From the NCBI GenBank assembly GCA_004764695.1, contig SMSO01000037.1, positions 410,747 to 474,746 of the forward strand: a stretch of 64,000 nucleotides of DNA, in the 5' to 3' direction. A program made the position numbers and the translations under genes. Numbering within the stretch: position 1 is the first letter of the stretch; every line of letters begins with the position of its first letter. The stretch comes from Schizochytrium sp. TIO01. Taxonomy: Eukaryota > Protista > Bigyra: Labyrinthulomycetes. Shown here one piece after another: positions 27,061 to 38,869 of this stretch. The notes below the pieces were generated by a model. It saw only the letters and a program-made list of their open reading frames with translations, was not told where the DNA came from and did not search any database.

Positions 27061-28109
27061 TCCGTGGATATTTAAACCTTAGTTCTGCTTTTGTTTAGCT
27101 ATAATGTATCAAAGTGTATCAGTCAAATGATTTGACCTTGGTATTCACTAATTATGTGCATATATACCATCTGCAGCGTTGATGGTTCCTGGGCTTAGAG
27201 ATGATTGGCTACGTATGCTGTACAACGTGTACATGCCAGGATTCTTGACCTCAGTGCAGGCTTAGTTTCTTTTGTAATGTCAAGAAAGCACTTCAGTAAT
27301 GGTGCTTGAAAGCTACGGTCTAATCAGTCAGAGTATGGTTTGCAAGGTGCAGGCAAGCCGTCGGAAAGCGTTGGAGAGGCTTTGCAGCTTTAGCCTTTAA
27401 AGTCAGTAATCTGCTGATCTAGTTAATGAATCACAAACTGGTGATTCTGAGTAAATGTAGAAGACCAAGATAGTATTTACATCACTCCGAACTGGACAAA
27501 TTAGGCTATTCTGCCTCTACTCGTATTACTCCTATTTTCGTTCTATTGTAGATGTCAGTGATCCTTAAATATTGAATTATTTGGCTTCTCAACCATTTAC
27601 CTGCTTGTTCTTGCATTTAGGATAAATATAAATATACTAGCATTAGATTTTACAGCGGTATGCCAAGGCCGCTAGCGACGTCTTGTTCATATGAACTAGT
27701 CCAAGAGTTTAGTTTTACATTTAGCATTCCATAAATAGTAGAGCTTTTTTCAATCAGTTGCGCAACGCACAATTATGCATTAGTCTGCTTCGACGAAAAT
27801 ATAACTTCACTGAACAAAGATGTAATATAGAGACCAGTGTACATGCGATCAATATGTGGATTCTTACATACTATTGCAGATCAGCTTGTGTAGTGAAGCG
27901 TGCGTTGGTAGTCTGAGAAAATGATGAACTTAGGTGAAAGAGAAATGGATGATATTAAGGTTATTGAGGTTCCAGATACAGGTGGAATTAATGCAAGGTG
28001 TCGAGTCGAAGAGTTACGCTGGGTCGTATTAGGTTTAGGAATGACACCTAGCTGGGCATTGCTTCAAGATTTACCCCACTAATCTCTCACCAGGAGCTGA
28101 AGCTTCACA

Positions 28110-31050
28110 TCAGCGATTAGCATGTTTCGAATGAAATGATGCTTCAAGAGGTCGGGCGAGGAAATCAGCTACATTGTCTGTGCTTCTTGCATGGTGTACC
28201 TTGACTACTTGGTTTTCTACTTCGATGAATAGGTGCTGCAAGTTTTATTGCGAAATACCCGTCGTCTGCATTGGTTATTTCTTCTTTCTGGATTAAATTT
28301 GCTGATGAACATCTACATTGATAAAATACAGGCGTCTATTGATTGGCAAGCGTGTCTGCTGAAAATTGTCTAATGAATACTGCTCTGAGAACTCCTGCAA
28401 GTACAGCAACTAATTCTGTTTTGCAAGTATTTCGTGCAACTGTAAATTACTTTGCTGTTTTCCAAACAACAGCACTATCATTTATCAGAATAATATGTCC
28501 CCAATCACTGTCATGAAGCTTATTAGGTTTATAGTTGAATAACACATCAATATAGACATTCAAAGCGAGGTATGCTTCTGTTCTAACGTCTTTAAGTGTG
28601 ACAGCTTTATCTTTTGTTGACCTGTCAAAACAGAGCGCATGTCTAGGGAACTACATGCGTTCCCTTCCATTCTTTTGATCATGGCACGCAAATAAATGTA
28701 ATCTGTATGCCTTGCCAGGTCTAATTTCAGGTAAATACATTAAAATACCTACAAGCAAATGATAATGCTCATTCACAGAGACTTTTGCATCTTCACGTCC
28801 TCTTAACGCATTTAGGTTTTTTGTTGTTTCTATTGCAATTGTCCATGTTACATCATCGAAGAGCTTTTTCCCCAATATTTTTGCTGGCTAATGATACAAA
28901 AGTTTCGTGATTCGTCATAGAACTGTGTATCACTAAGATAGTGGCACTTTTGATCGCTGTTGACTTTGACGCCGATACTGTGTTCGAGTTCTTTAGCAAT
29001 ACCATTTTAGGAATCATGTGTGCCAAAGGTTCTCATGTCGTCACGATGGAATGCCATGAAGAGGCATTTGCTGATAAAGAGTGGTGCATCTGTTGTTGGG
29101 CATGTTATTGAGCTATGGTTTTGCAAAGTCGCCATCAAATGGTCAAACTATCGACAAGGTGCACTTTCCAATCCATGGAGATTTTAGACCTTTTCGCACC
29201 CTCCATACCTCAGATACAGAGAAACTCATCGTCTGAGATATGAATTTTTAGGAATAGAGCTGTTCCATCAGCGGTCACAAGATCACATCCACTTATGAGG
29301 GCAATGACTAATGCAACACTAATGCTTTCAACATCAAGAGATGGGGAATAGATGCCATAAACATATCTGACAGCTCTGTTCAAGCCTTGGGCTAACGCTC
29401 CTCCTTCTAATAGATTCACCGGTGATGATTTTTGTTTTGTAAAAATCGACCTTGTTTCCACGCGATTAATTTCCACAGGATGAATTCCAGTGATAAGTAA
29501 ATTAATGGTACTGATCTTCGAGTACTAGCAGATTGCAGATTTTAATACTGAGGACTCATTGCAGCAGGCCATAATTGTTTGAATGCTTGTGGAAACTTCC
29601 GTAAAGCTTGGGTGCTGGAATGCTGTTTTGGAATTGGATTCCAAGGCGAACTAGTTCATCTTCTAATTATCAGAGCAAGACATACTTGATTTGTGCTAGA
29701 CAGCATTAATATGGTTAGGATAACTCGTCTCTACAATCGTCAAATCAGATTGCATTATACTTGATTCAAATGATTATGTTTGCACACCTTTGGTTCATGG
29801 TTTCTCAACCACAGAAGTCTGGTTGTCTATTTATATTTCTATGTAAGCCTTATTGAAAACAAAGCTCTGGCAATGACTTATCAACTAATTCCTTCAATGT
29901 AAGATCTCATTATATATCTAAAATCTAAATTCATATCTCACCAGAAAATCAGGTTCAAAGAGATTCACGTAAGGCAAGTGAAGTTGAACTGAGTACATAA
30001 ATCAGATCAAACATATTGTTGGACTTCATGAAGTTTTCGAAGGTTCTGTCATGCACTCCAGCATCAATCTTTAGCTAATCATACTTGGACGTAAAAAAGA
30101 TCTGTATAGGAGTGCTGAGATCTCCAATCGAAGGAACTAGGGGACAAGACATTACTAGAGCTCTTGGTGTCCCTTTATGAAACCTCAGTAGACATAAGGT
30201 TTACAATAGAGCAAGAATAGGCAGCCAAACTCATGTGGCTGCCGGAGCCAAGAACTAGAAGTGTGAATACACATTACGTACATCCAAGCATGGTGTAACT
30301 TGAATCGATGGTTGGAGGAGTTGGATTAACCTAACCCCACCGATTATCTCTAACCACTTTCAAGAATGTCTTAATCTCCCTAATTACTACATGAATCCAT
30401 CTGTCCTGGAATTCGTTCTCCAGAACAGCAATTCGCTAACTCTTATATCAACCTTCTTAAAGCCTTCATCAAGCCTCTTGCCTTCATCTTTGCAGTCAAC
30501 CTCAAGCTAATCAGAATCACCTTTCAGCAAAGAATGCTCGTCGATTACCATAAAGAACTTTGAGAATTCGTGTGGGGGGATACGAAGCAAATTTCTTAGC
30601 CAAAGGTCTGCTGATTGAATAGAGTTATCTGGAGCTTATTTTATGCCTCAGTTAATTGTGTGTAGGCATTTTGATAGGGGAATCAGTGACACCGTAATCA
30701 TCTAAATTGCAATACTCGTGATTGGACTTACCCAGTTTTATATTGCCCTGTTCGTTTGTACGTGAGTGGTCCTTACAGATTCTTTGAACAATGTTCGGGG
30801 TCATTTTGCAATGACACGTCTCCAAAAAAGATCACATTATGATGTCCTGCTGTTTCTTTCTAGGAAATAGCTTCACGAGCTTAAATTCATCAGTTACTTC
30901 AGAGTAGCAAAATTTTCTTTACAATACTATCTCTTCTCAATTTGAGCAACTGTTGCACCCCAAGCCAGGTTCCCTACAAGAAGCAGAACAGAATTTCCTG
31001 AGCCTCTTTAATGTGCAGTAGGAGTACACATACTGCTAGTGGGTAGAGGA
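28110..31050 (-). mobile_element. Best-preserved decayed Ty1/copia pol (IN-RT-RNase H)
   Basis: FFMVIDEHS (IN), ALAQG..IYSPSLDVESISVALVIA..TADGTALFL, ISHGLESAPCR*FDHL..TDAPLF..FHRDD (YVDD), YHLLVGILMYLPEIRP, GHIILINDSAVVWKTAK*FTVARNTCKTELVA, VHHARSTDNVADFLARPL; IN before RT is copia order. Confidence 0.9.
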
Positions 31051-31134
31051 GTCTTATCATATACTTAATGCTTCTATCAAAGTGTTACCAGGTAATAGCT
31101 ATTCATCAAGCGTTCATCGGCACTACGAAGCTCG

Positions 31135-31806
31135 ATGTTGGGGCTCTTCAAACCGTGGCAGAGGCTTAGCGCGGCGACCTCTGTGCCTGCTCTTGAGTGC
31201 ACGCAAAGTTTGATCTTGAAGAACCGGAACTCAAGTTTGAGGAACTTCAATTCGCGAAGCGACACCAGCAAGATGTCAGAAATGAGCGAGGTTGAGGCTT
31301 CGTCCACCACGGCATTGCCTGACACTACCGCAGAGGAGCGTGCTGAGGCCGCTGCGATGCGTGCTGGTGGTGAGACTGTATCTAGTGAAACATCGATGCC
31401 GTCACAAGAATCTTCGGCGACAACTCAGGCAAAGGGGAACACTATTTTTGATACAATCGAAGGTGCTGGCATTGATGAGGATGCTCGCCAGAAATACGTT
31501 CTCATCCAGCTCCAGTTCAATGACCAGACACGATTCCTTGTACGAGGACGCAAATTTGCAGCATACCACAAGGATGCTGCTCAGCCTACCATCGAGATGC
31601 TCAACCAGAACCAGGTTCCAGGCATGAGGTACCGTGTTCTTGGTGGAGGGCGGATTATTCACTCTTCGGAGGACAAGAAAATCGAAATTTTTGGCCACTC
31701 ATACGGGTTCCCATGGGATGGAGAGTCGATGCATGATACCTCCAAAGAGGTCCTTGCAGAAAAGTATCCGGAGTACACCATCACGACCTCAGACGAAGGC
31801 TATTAA
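31135..31806 (+). CDS. Janus/Ocnus family 14-kDa phosphohistidine phosphatase (PHPT1-like) with N-terminal extension
   Basis: KYVLIQL, LVRG..AAYHKD (catalytic His), VLGGGRIIH..EDKKIEIFGHSYGF, YPEY.IT..DEGY C-terminus. Start could be ATG 31135 or ATG 31273. Confidence 0.9.
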   Translation: MLGLFKPWQRLSAATSVPALECTQSLILKNRNSSLRNFNSRSDTSKMSEMSEVEASSTTALPDTTAEERAEAAAMRAGGETVSSETSMPSQESSATTQAKGNTIFDTIEGAGIDEDARQKYVLIQLQFNDQTRFLVRGRKFAAYHKDAAQPTIEMLNQNQVPGMRYRVLGGGRIIHSSEDKKIEIFGHSYGFPWDGESMHDTSKEVLAEKYPEYTITTSDEGY

Positions 31807-32559
31807 GACTCTCTTCTAAAAGGGCAATCATAGTCTCATGCGGGAGAGACAAGAACTTTCCTTTCCTTCTAGATCTCCATCGACAATACTTTCGTCAGCC
31901 GACCCGATTTCTTGACTTATAGGGCTTGAGGTGCTTTATCTTCGGTACCTTCTATGCTTCGTTTGATTTGTAGGCATATTGACATTATCTTTTTTTCTTT
32001 TTACCATCAAAGCTGTAAAGCTCCCTTTTGCTCTTTTCTGCTCTAGGCTAGGCTCTTGTATTGAGGGTGAAGCCGTCTGTGGCCCAACGTGGGCTTGGGC
32101 TGTGAGTTTGATTCTGGTACTTTAAACTTATTGATATTTGAAGCGGTCAAGGAATGTCTGGTTCCACTCATCGTAGTTACATTTTCCACACCATTTAACC
32201 GAGGCGATGCAAACCTTTCCAAAGCTGGCGTATTGCGCTTTCGAGCATTCGGAGTTCAACAATATAAGACACACCGAGGAAAAACTGTCATAAGTGAGCT
32301 GTTTATTTTGTTTGTATCAATGCCTATTTTACATCAAGAAGGTAATTCAGGTCTGATGCAACCGCCTCGTCGCCCACGACACGGAATACAGGACAAGCTA
32401 CTACTGCATGGCATGCAACACGCAATGACAAACATCATAGGTAATGATTCGCATTAAAGTTTTGCAATCCCTTCGAAAAAGATCTTGGTAGTTTTCGTTT
32501 TGAACAATTTTTAAAATAAAACGGGGAACGTAAGATTGCCATGCAGTGTGTCAGACTTT

Positions 32560-33200
32560 AAAGTAGGAGATCAAAGGTTTTAGCTTTTGTTGAATGTGGA
32601 ACAACTAACTACACACGTAGTCTGCATGCCACAAACCTGTATTTTCTGTGGTCAAAAACTATGAGTTCTACTTGACCTTTTGCGGAGTACTACACTTTTT
32701 AACCAATATCCACATCAATCGAGCTAGCAACCAGTACGAGCTTCATATATTGAACATGTATAATCGCTTGTACTCTGTTTCCTCCAAAAGCACAAACTTT
32801 CCCTGAAGCAAATGCAAAAGTTTGAAGACCTAGTAAGAGACTAATTCTACCAAATGATAAACATAGTATCCTTGGTATAGATTAGTGACACTTCCATTCT
32901 CTCCAGTTGGAGGCTAGTTCTATGAATCCTTCTACTTAGGCAAATACACAAGTTGAAACTATGTTACTCTACTTAGTTATACAATAAGAAGGATATCTCT
33001 CCTAGCACTTGAGAAAGCTGACATTCCATAGACGCCATATATCTTTGTGTTATGATGGTATACAATACTTAATCACCAAAAGAACTTTTCATGTTTCTTC
33101 CCACTAATTGGTAGCGCATGACATTATCTTACACCTATTCGATGATCAATCACAGCATGAGAATCAGAAAGGTCTACTTGTGAATATACGGCCTTGAAGG
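32560..33200 (-). mobile_element. Possible gag/protease remnant
   Basis: Weak: PISGKKHEKFF (knuckle-like), NLYQGYYVYH, FAFASGKV..KLVLVASSIDVDI, KGQVELIVFD; composition resembles 24-31 kb. Confidence 0.25.
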
Positions 33201-33739
33201 ACGCAAGAAGCACTTCTTTCCCCATCCCTCCTGACTAAAGTGAAGCCCCTTCCAGCATAGCCGCCCTGATTTCTTCACTACTGCCTCGCAGATTTATTTG
33301 ATCTATCTTGAACGAGTTAGATTTGCGAAATCGTATCCGAGGAGACTACACATTACCACAGTTTGCAGAGGCGAATCTGCTAGGACCTTGTCTTTTTTTC
33401 TTTTCTTGAAAACTATAAAAAATAGTTGGAACCAAATTATAACGCACTAACGATGAGTCCTTTGAAGTGAACAAAATAAGAGCAGCGGCTCTATCTTTTG
33501 TTTTAAACCCAAAGTGACCCAATTTCAACTTCCCTATCTTTCACATTCCTAATTTTAGAAAGGTAGAAAGCTTCATTTCGTTTTGCCAAATCCTCTGTCA
33601 ACCTCTTAAGAATGAAATCATGGCTAGATGGCACAACACGATAATGTGAGAGGAAGCGCTGAGTTCAATTCGTCATGTACCTTTATAGTTCTAAGTGAAT
33701 CCTAGAGGGGACCCGCGAAACTTGAGCCAATGCGAATTT

Positions 33740-34530
33740 TCCTAATGTGACCAGAACGCAGCCTTCGTGCTACGAGCACTTGACATCACTACGAAGGCGA
33801 CTAACCACAGAAAGGAAAGCACTCACTCACAAGTGGCGAGTACGCTACAGTACTATGGAGTTTCGGACCCTAAGAATAACTCTGTTTTCATGGACCGGAA
33901 CCTTAGAGAGAAGCAGAGGAGATAATTTTTAGTTTTCTTTTCAATTCCTCAATTCTTCACAGTCCTAGTTACTCGACTCCTGGTCATTCTCAACTGCTCG
34001 GAAGAAATTTCAAATCTTTTCTTCGAGAACAGGTTCTCTCTAGAACATTCTGAACTGGAGGTCCCATAGGAAAAAAAGTCCACAAACCTTGACTTCAACT
34101 TTGCCCAGCGATGATGTAGTACAGCCGCCAATTTTGACCACCTATTGCAGAAAAGTCGCGCGAAAGAAGCTTTCTCTTATCGAATATCAATCTTCCCTGC
34201 CCCGTTATTCTGCTTCAGAGCCCTCAGGCACTGCGATCCCACGCACGCAGACAGAAGATAGATAGATATCCATCCTCCTTCTTTTCTTTCTTTCCTTTTC
34301 TTTCCTTTTCTTTCTTTTCTTCTTTCCCAATCTTTTCATCTTTTCTTTTCTTTTTCCTTTCTGACTCCCTCCCCTCAATGAACTTGAGGGTGTGCTAAGT
34401 ACGCCAACTCCTACAGTTTTGCATACGAGGCCGCCCAATCGCCAAGCAGGCTGTGCTTTGCTCGTCCCAGGTGACCCTCAGGCAACCCTGCAAAAGTTTG
34501 CGAAAGCTAGTCGGCAGTTCGCAGCGATGA
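33740..34530 (+). mobile_element. Fossil Ty1/copia RT C-terminus-RNase H remnant
   Basis: TRTQPSCYEHLTSL...KWRVRYS, NILNWRSHRKK...STLPSD, LLVPGDPQATLQKFAKA. Confidence 0.55.
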
Positions 34531-35349
34531 TCTTACTCCTCCTCCTCCGGCTGCTTTGCGGCCCAGTGGAAGTTCGCTGCTTGCTTTGCATGTATTTGTG
34601 CGAGCAGAGTGCGACCTGAAGCTATCTTCGAGAACAAGTTCACCTCAAGTTTGTTTCGTGACGACGACTACAATGGCGATTTCGATGACGATGGTGATCA
34701 AGACTTCACGTCGGAGGGTCAAGCCAGCCAGCCAAGCAAGCAAACAAAATCACTCAAGCAAAGCCAAGAAGCACTTCTGTGGTGAGCACTGTGTCGCCGA
34801 GGCTCTCTTGAATGATCATTCTTTGAGCAGATGATGATCTCGATCTTGATGTAAACCTTGATCTTGATATTGCTACTTCAGCTGCTTCTGCTCATACCCC
34901 GAGACGGCGTTGTCTTTTCCTTCACGCGAAGTTTTTGCAGGAATTACTGCACCGCAGAAGTGCTTTGGAAAAAGCAGATCTATCTATCTACCTGAAGTTA
35001 GGCAGTGGGCACTTTTGTTTACTTTTAAAATGAAACAAAGTGCAAAACAGAAGTTGTTTTCAATTAAAATTCCCATATTTATTCATTTATTTTTAATTTA
35101 TAAAGAACAGTCTGCAGATATCATATATCAAAAGCTCGAACTATATAGATGTAGATATCGAACTTTGAAATTCATTATCATTGTTATTTACACGAATTAA
35201 AAATAAATTGCAAGAAATGTAAGATGATCAAAGGTACCTGCTTTTTCTCAGCAGCAGCAGCAGAACAAACAACGAACTGGAGTCGGCGGCAGCTTAAGAA
35301 GTGATGTAAAGCAATAGCTAAAGCGTAGTGGGTATGTCTCCTCCTGCTG

Positions 35350-36110
35350 TCCTGTGAAGTGGGATGTTATTGACAGCGGAGGTGATTCTCTAGCTAGAAA
35401 GCATTTCGACCTACAAGCAACATGCCCACGACGTGTAATCAGCGTTGCCGGGCTTTCCTTGATCTGCGGTCCTTCCTGTAAGCACTTAGCATTTGCAGGC
35501 AGCGGCATTCCTTCCTCTTTGAAGACGATGCTGCGGCGACCATCGTCACGAAGTTTCCCAAGAGCTTGATCCACAACAGAGAATTTCAATGATGGCAATT
35601 TGACAACCAATTCTGCTACAATCATCGCGAGTTACAGCTCTCGCTGAGATCCTCTGGAGGTACTTTATCACATGCTGCAGAAGCCTGAGCGATTATTCGC
35701 CTCAGCATTACGTTGGAATGAGTCGAGAGGCGCGCCTTCTTCCCTGTACGAGCCAGATGTATTTCTCTAGAGAGTCTATTGCATATGTCCTGCTAGCCCT
35801 GCATTTGCCACAGCCCTGAACGTGTAAAGAAACCCGGTTCTTGTTCGTGTTCCGATTTCTAATGCTGTGCCTGGAATTTGCAATCTTCACAATTTGCAGC
35901 TGTGTTTTGATCATTTAAGACAGTGCTTCGCCAGCTCATAGCAGGCAGGAGCCTGCCTATTCATTTGCCGGTCTTCAGGGAATGTAAATTCCTTCCTGGA
36001 GGTCTACGATGATCTTTTGCTACCTGCTCGAGAGTTTGTGCCCGTGTCACAAGAAGACGATTTAACTGAAGTTCTTTCTCGCTTGGCGTGAATTGTTCTT
36101 TCTCGTCGCC
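35350..36110 (+). mobile_element. Fossil Ty1/copia protease-integrase remnant
   Basis: WDVIDSGG (aspartic protease DSG), VISVAGLSLICG, then SSGNVNSFLEVYDDLL..FVPVSQEDDLTEVL (IN). Confidence 0.6.
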
Positions 36111-36849
36111 GGTCGTGTCAGCATACTCTTGTCTAAACTCGCGAAGGAAGCAGCAGCAGCTGCAGCTGCGAGTGTGATGATCGATCATCATCTCGAGATT
36201 ACAAAACCCACGCTGCGCAAGTCTCTGCGGAAAGTTCATAGCGACGTCGATACCTTCGAGCAACTGAGCAGAAAGTATTTATACGCTTTGCTTGCGCCGC
36301 CATTGTGGCTTCAGACATGCATGCCAATATTCTGCGGGAGTGCTTCTAATTAACTTCATGAATCGCCTCTGTGGTAGCACCTTTTAGCTAGCTAGGAAAC
36401 GAATGTTTGCGATTAGGTTTATTATATTTATTAATTCTTTTGAAATATATTTATACAAAAGAAAGAAAGGTTAAAATAGGGTGTTAATATTAAATAAATA
36501 AATAAATAAATATCATTATCATTATCTTCAAGATGGAAACCACTCAGTAACCAAAATGGAGATGTGATTTAAGAAAAAAATGTGGTAGCTCGTAGGTGGT
36601 AGAGTTTGTTATCTGTTTTAGCTTTTTGGCGGCTAAAGGTGAGATGATGCGAGAGAACGATCAAACGATGACCGCGAAACTCGCAGACCTTCTCGAATAT
36701 GCAGTGCATTCATTGATCAGGAGGCTGACGGTCTGATTTCCGGGTTCTTTTGCGAAGAGGTCAGATTGTTTTCGCTGATGCATTCATTGCCAATTGAAAG
36801 TGGAGAACAAGAATGCCAAGAACAGCAGGAGAAGAAACGCCAACAAGAA

Positions 36850-38000
36850 GAACAGCGCACTGAGCAACAGAGGTTTCTTGGCAAAGGCTTCTTTCACCGC
36901 CTTTATAAATGAGACTCAGAGAACGTCAACGTAAACAAACAAAATGCTTTCATTTCTTGCCACGTTCTTCATGCACGTTGTACACATCTTCAAGGTCAAC
37001 GCAATGTAAGACATTCCCGCCAGCCAGATCTGGTCGTCGCCAACTTCGCCTCGGGGAAGAACTTCTTCGCGGCCGTGTCAGTGTGTATCTTGCTCCACCA
37101 AAGTCAGCAAAATAGGCAGTGCTAATTGATTGTGCAATCCTCAACATTGTCTCCAAATGTCAAACCTCCTCGAACTCCAGAGAGACAGCCATTTTATCTT
37201 TGACTCACTTCGACTTTTCATCAATTAATTTCATGTACGCAGTCGCATGGAAATAAATCGTCAGCTTAAACATCGGTGTCGATTGTGGTGGCATGCAAGC
37301 AAGCAACTGAACTCTGCGTTAAGTTGCCTCGCAGGAGGGAGCTCGTTGCACCTAGCTTTTGCTGTCTCTGTTGCTTTTCTTGGCGCACTCGACGCTGCAC
37401 TTGAGCTTTCCGGACATCGGAGCTTTGGCTTTACAATGAGTGAGACTACTGCTACCTACTCCTACTACTGTGTAGAGAGTGTTTTCCAGACGGGGTGATT
37501 GAGGGAGTACCAATCGGCACTTTCTGAAATCAACATCATTATCGTTTGATCATCCGTCATCAATAGAGTGGACTTGAATGACTTATATATATATAAATCT
37601 TGAGGTTCTTGAAGAGAAGAACAAAACCTCCGCGCTCACTTTGAGGTCAGCTGGTGCCACGAGTGTTGTTGCCTCTCTCGAGTAGATGTTTGTCGAATTT
37701 CAATCGCAGGTCTAGCTTCGCTTTAGATTTCTTTGCTTGCCTTTTTAGTTGGCTTTTCACAGTGCAATTGAATTCATGGCGCTGCTTTGCATTGAGGCAA
37801 ATTGCTTTGCATCTGCTCGATTAGATTGCATTGCTTGCTTGCTTGCTTGCGAATTTCCACATCGCTTTGTTGCAGTAGGTTGTGAATTGTAATGGCATCT
37901 GTATCCAAGTTCATTTCCTTGCAATCACCATAATATAATCTTCCTCGCACTGTTGGTCTCGTGCAGGTGCACCACAGGAGTGCACTGCCTCTCCAGTTCC
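36850..38000. mobile_element. Cluster of short copia fragments in both orientations
   Basis: Minus 36900-37160 ISTAYFADFGGARYTLTRP..DLEDVYNV (RT); plus 37280-37480 WWHASKQLNSALSCLAG (RH); minus 37860-38000 GSALLWCTCTRP (RT). Confidence 0.5.
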
Positions 38001-38869
38001 CATTGCCCTTTTCACCCCAAGAGCAATCCGGCATGCTCAGAGCCTGTGGCGGGCTTGAGTGGACCCCAAGCTTGTATTAGGGTCATCTTCAGTCAGCACA
38101 GCGCAATCTGTTCAAACTCTGCAGAGCAATGCAACGCAATGACTTCGTGCGTGCAGACGATACAATCTGTGTGATGGCTTTCACATGCAACTATAGACTC
38201 GACGGAGAACGCACTAATTTTTTTAATAATTATTTATCTACTCAGTATCTATTAAAAAGAACAAGGGAAACGTTCAACTTTTCTTCTATGACCTTTCTTC
38301 TCTTCATATACATTAAAATAAAAAAAATAAAATATATACTTTTAACAAATTTCCATCATGCTAAAACAAAAAGTAAAGTAAAAAGAAAGCAGAAGGGCGA
38401 AAGAAGATCAGAACAAAAACCAGGGACCATGAATCCTCTGCCTCCGTAATACTAACGCAAAACTTGTACCCGCGGCCCCATATTTCCGTGTTTCTTCTCC
38501 TCTACCTCCATCCTTGTCAATCCACACCTTCTGTGAGCTCATACGAACGGCCCATAAATTCAATCAATCAATCAAATCCTCCATTGCAATGGCTTGGAAA
38601 ATAATCTTTCCCTTCAATCATTTCTTCAAAGCTTTTTTCAATATAAAAAAGAAAGAAAAATAGGAAGAAAAGGCTAAAACACATTTTCCTTCTTTCAATA
38701 ATTAAAAATAAATCAGTCTTCGTAAACCCTTTTTCGCCACTACTTCTAGAAATACCTACCTAATACCTCTATAGTACCGCACCCTCCTAGTCGAACTTGT
38801 AGTAAACTAGCCTCCACACTATAGGACACCACCCCTACGTCCCTTGCTTTCGGAGCCACCCACTTTCAT

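Noticed and set aside
27920-28082. Protein-like plus-strand peptide MMNLGEREMDDIKVIEV
   Set aside because: Only about 53 codons with no recognisable family; cannot be supported.
30480-30600. FFMVIDE as a Walker B motif (also GHPYLL near 1900 as a STAND GxP motif)
   Set aside because: No Walker A found; surrounding motifs and order fit copia integrase and RT better.
24000-31050. Stop-codon reassignment (TAA/TAG read as Gln) giving a long intact gene
   Set aside because: Frameshifts and TGA stops co-occur, conserved catalytic motifs are damaged, and all four intact genes end in TAA.
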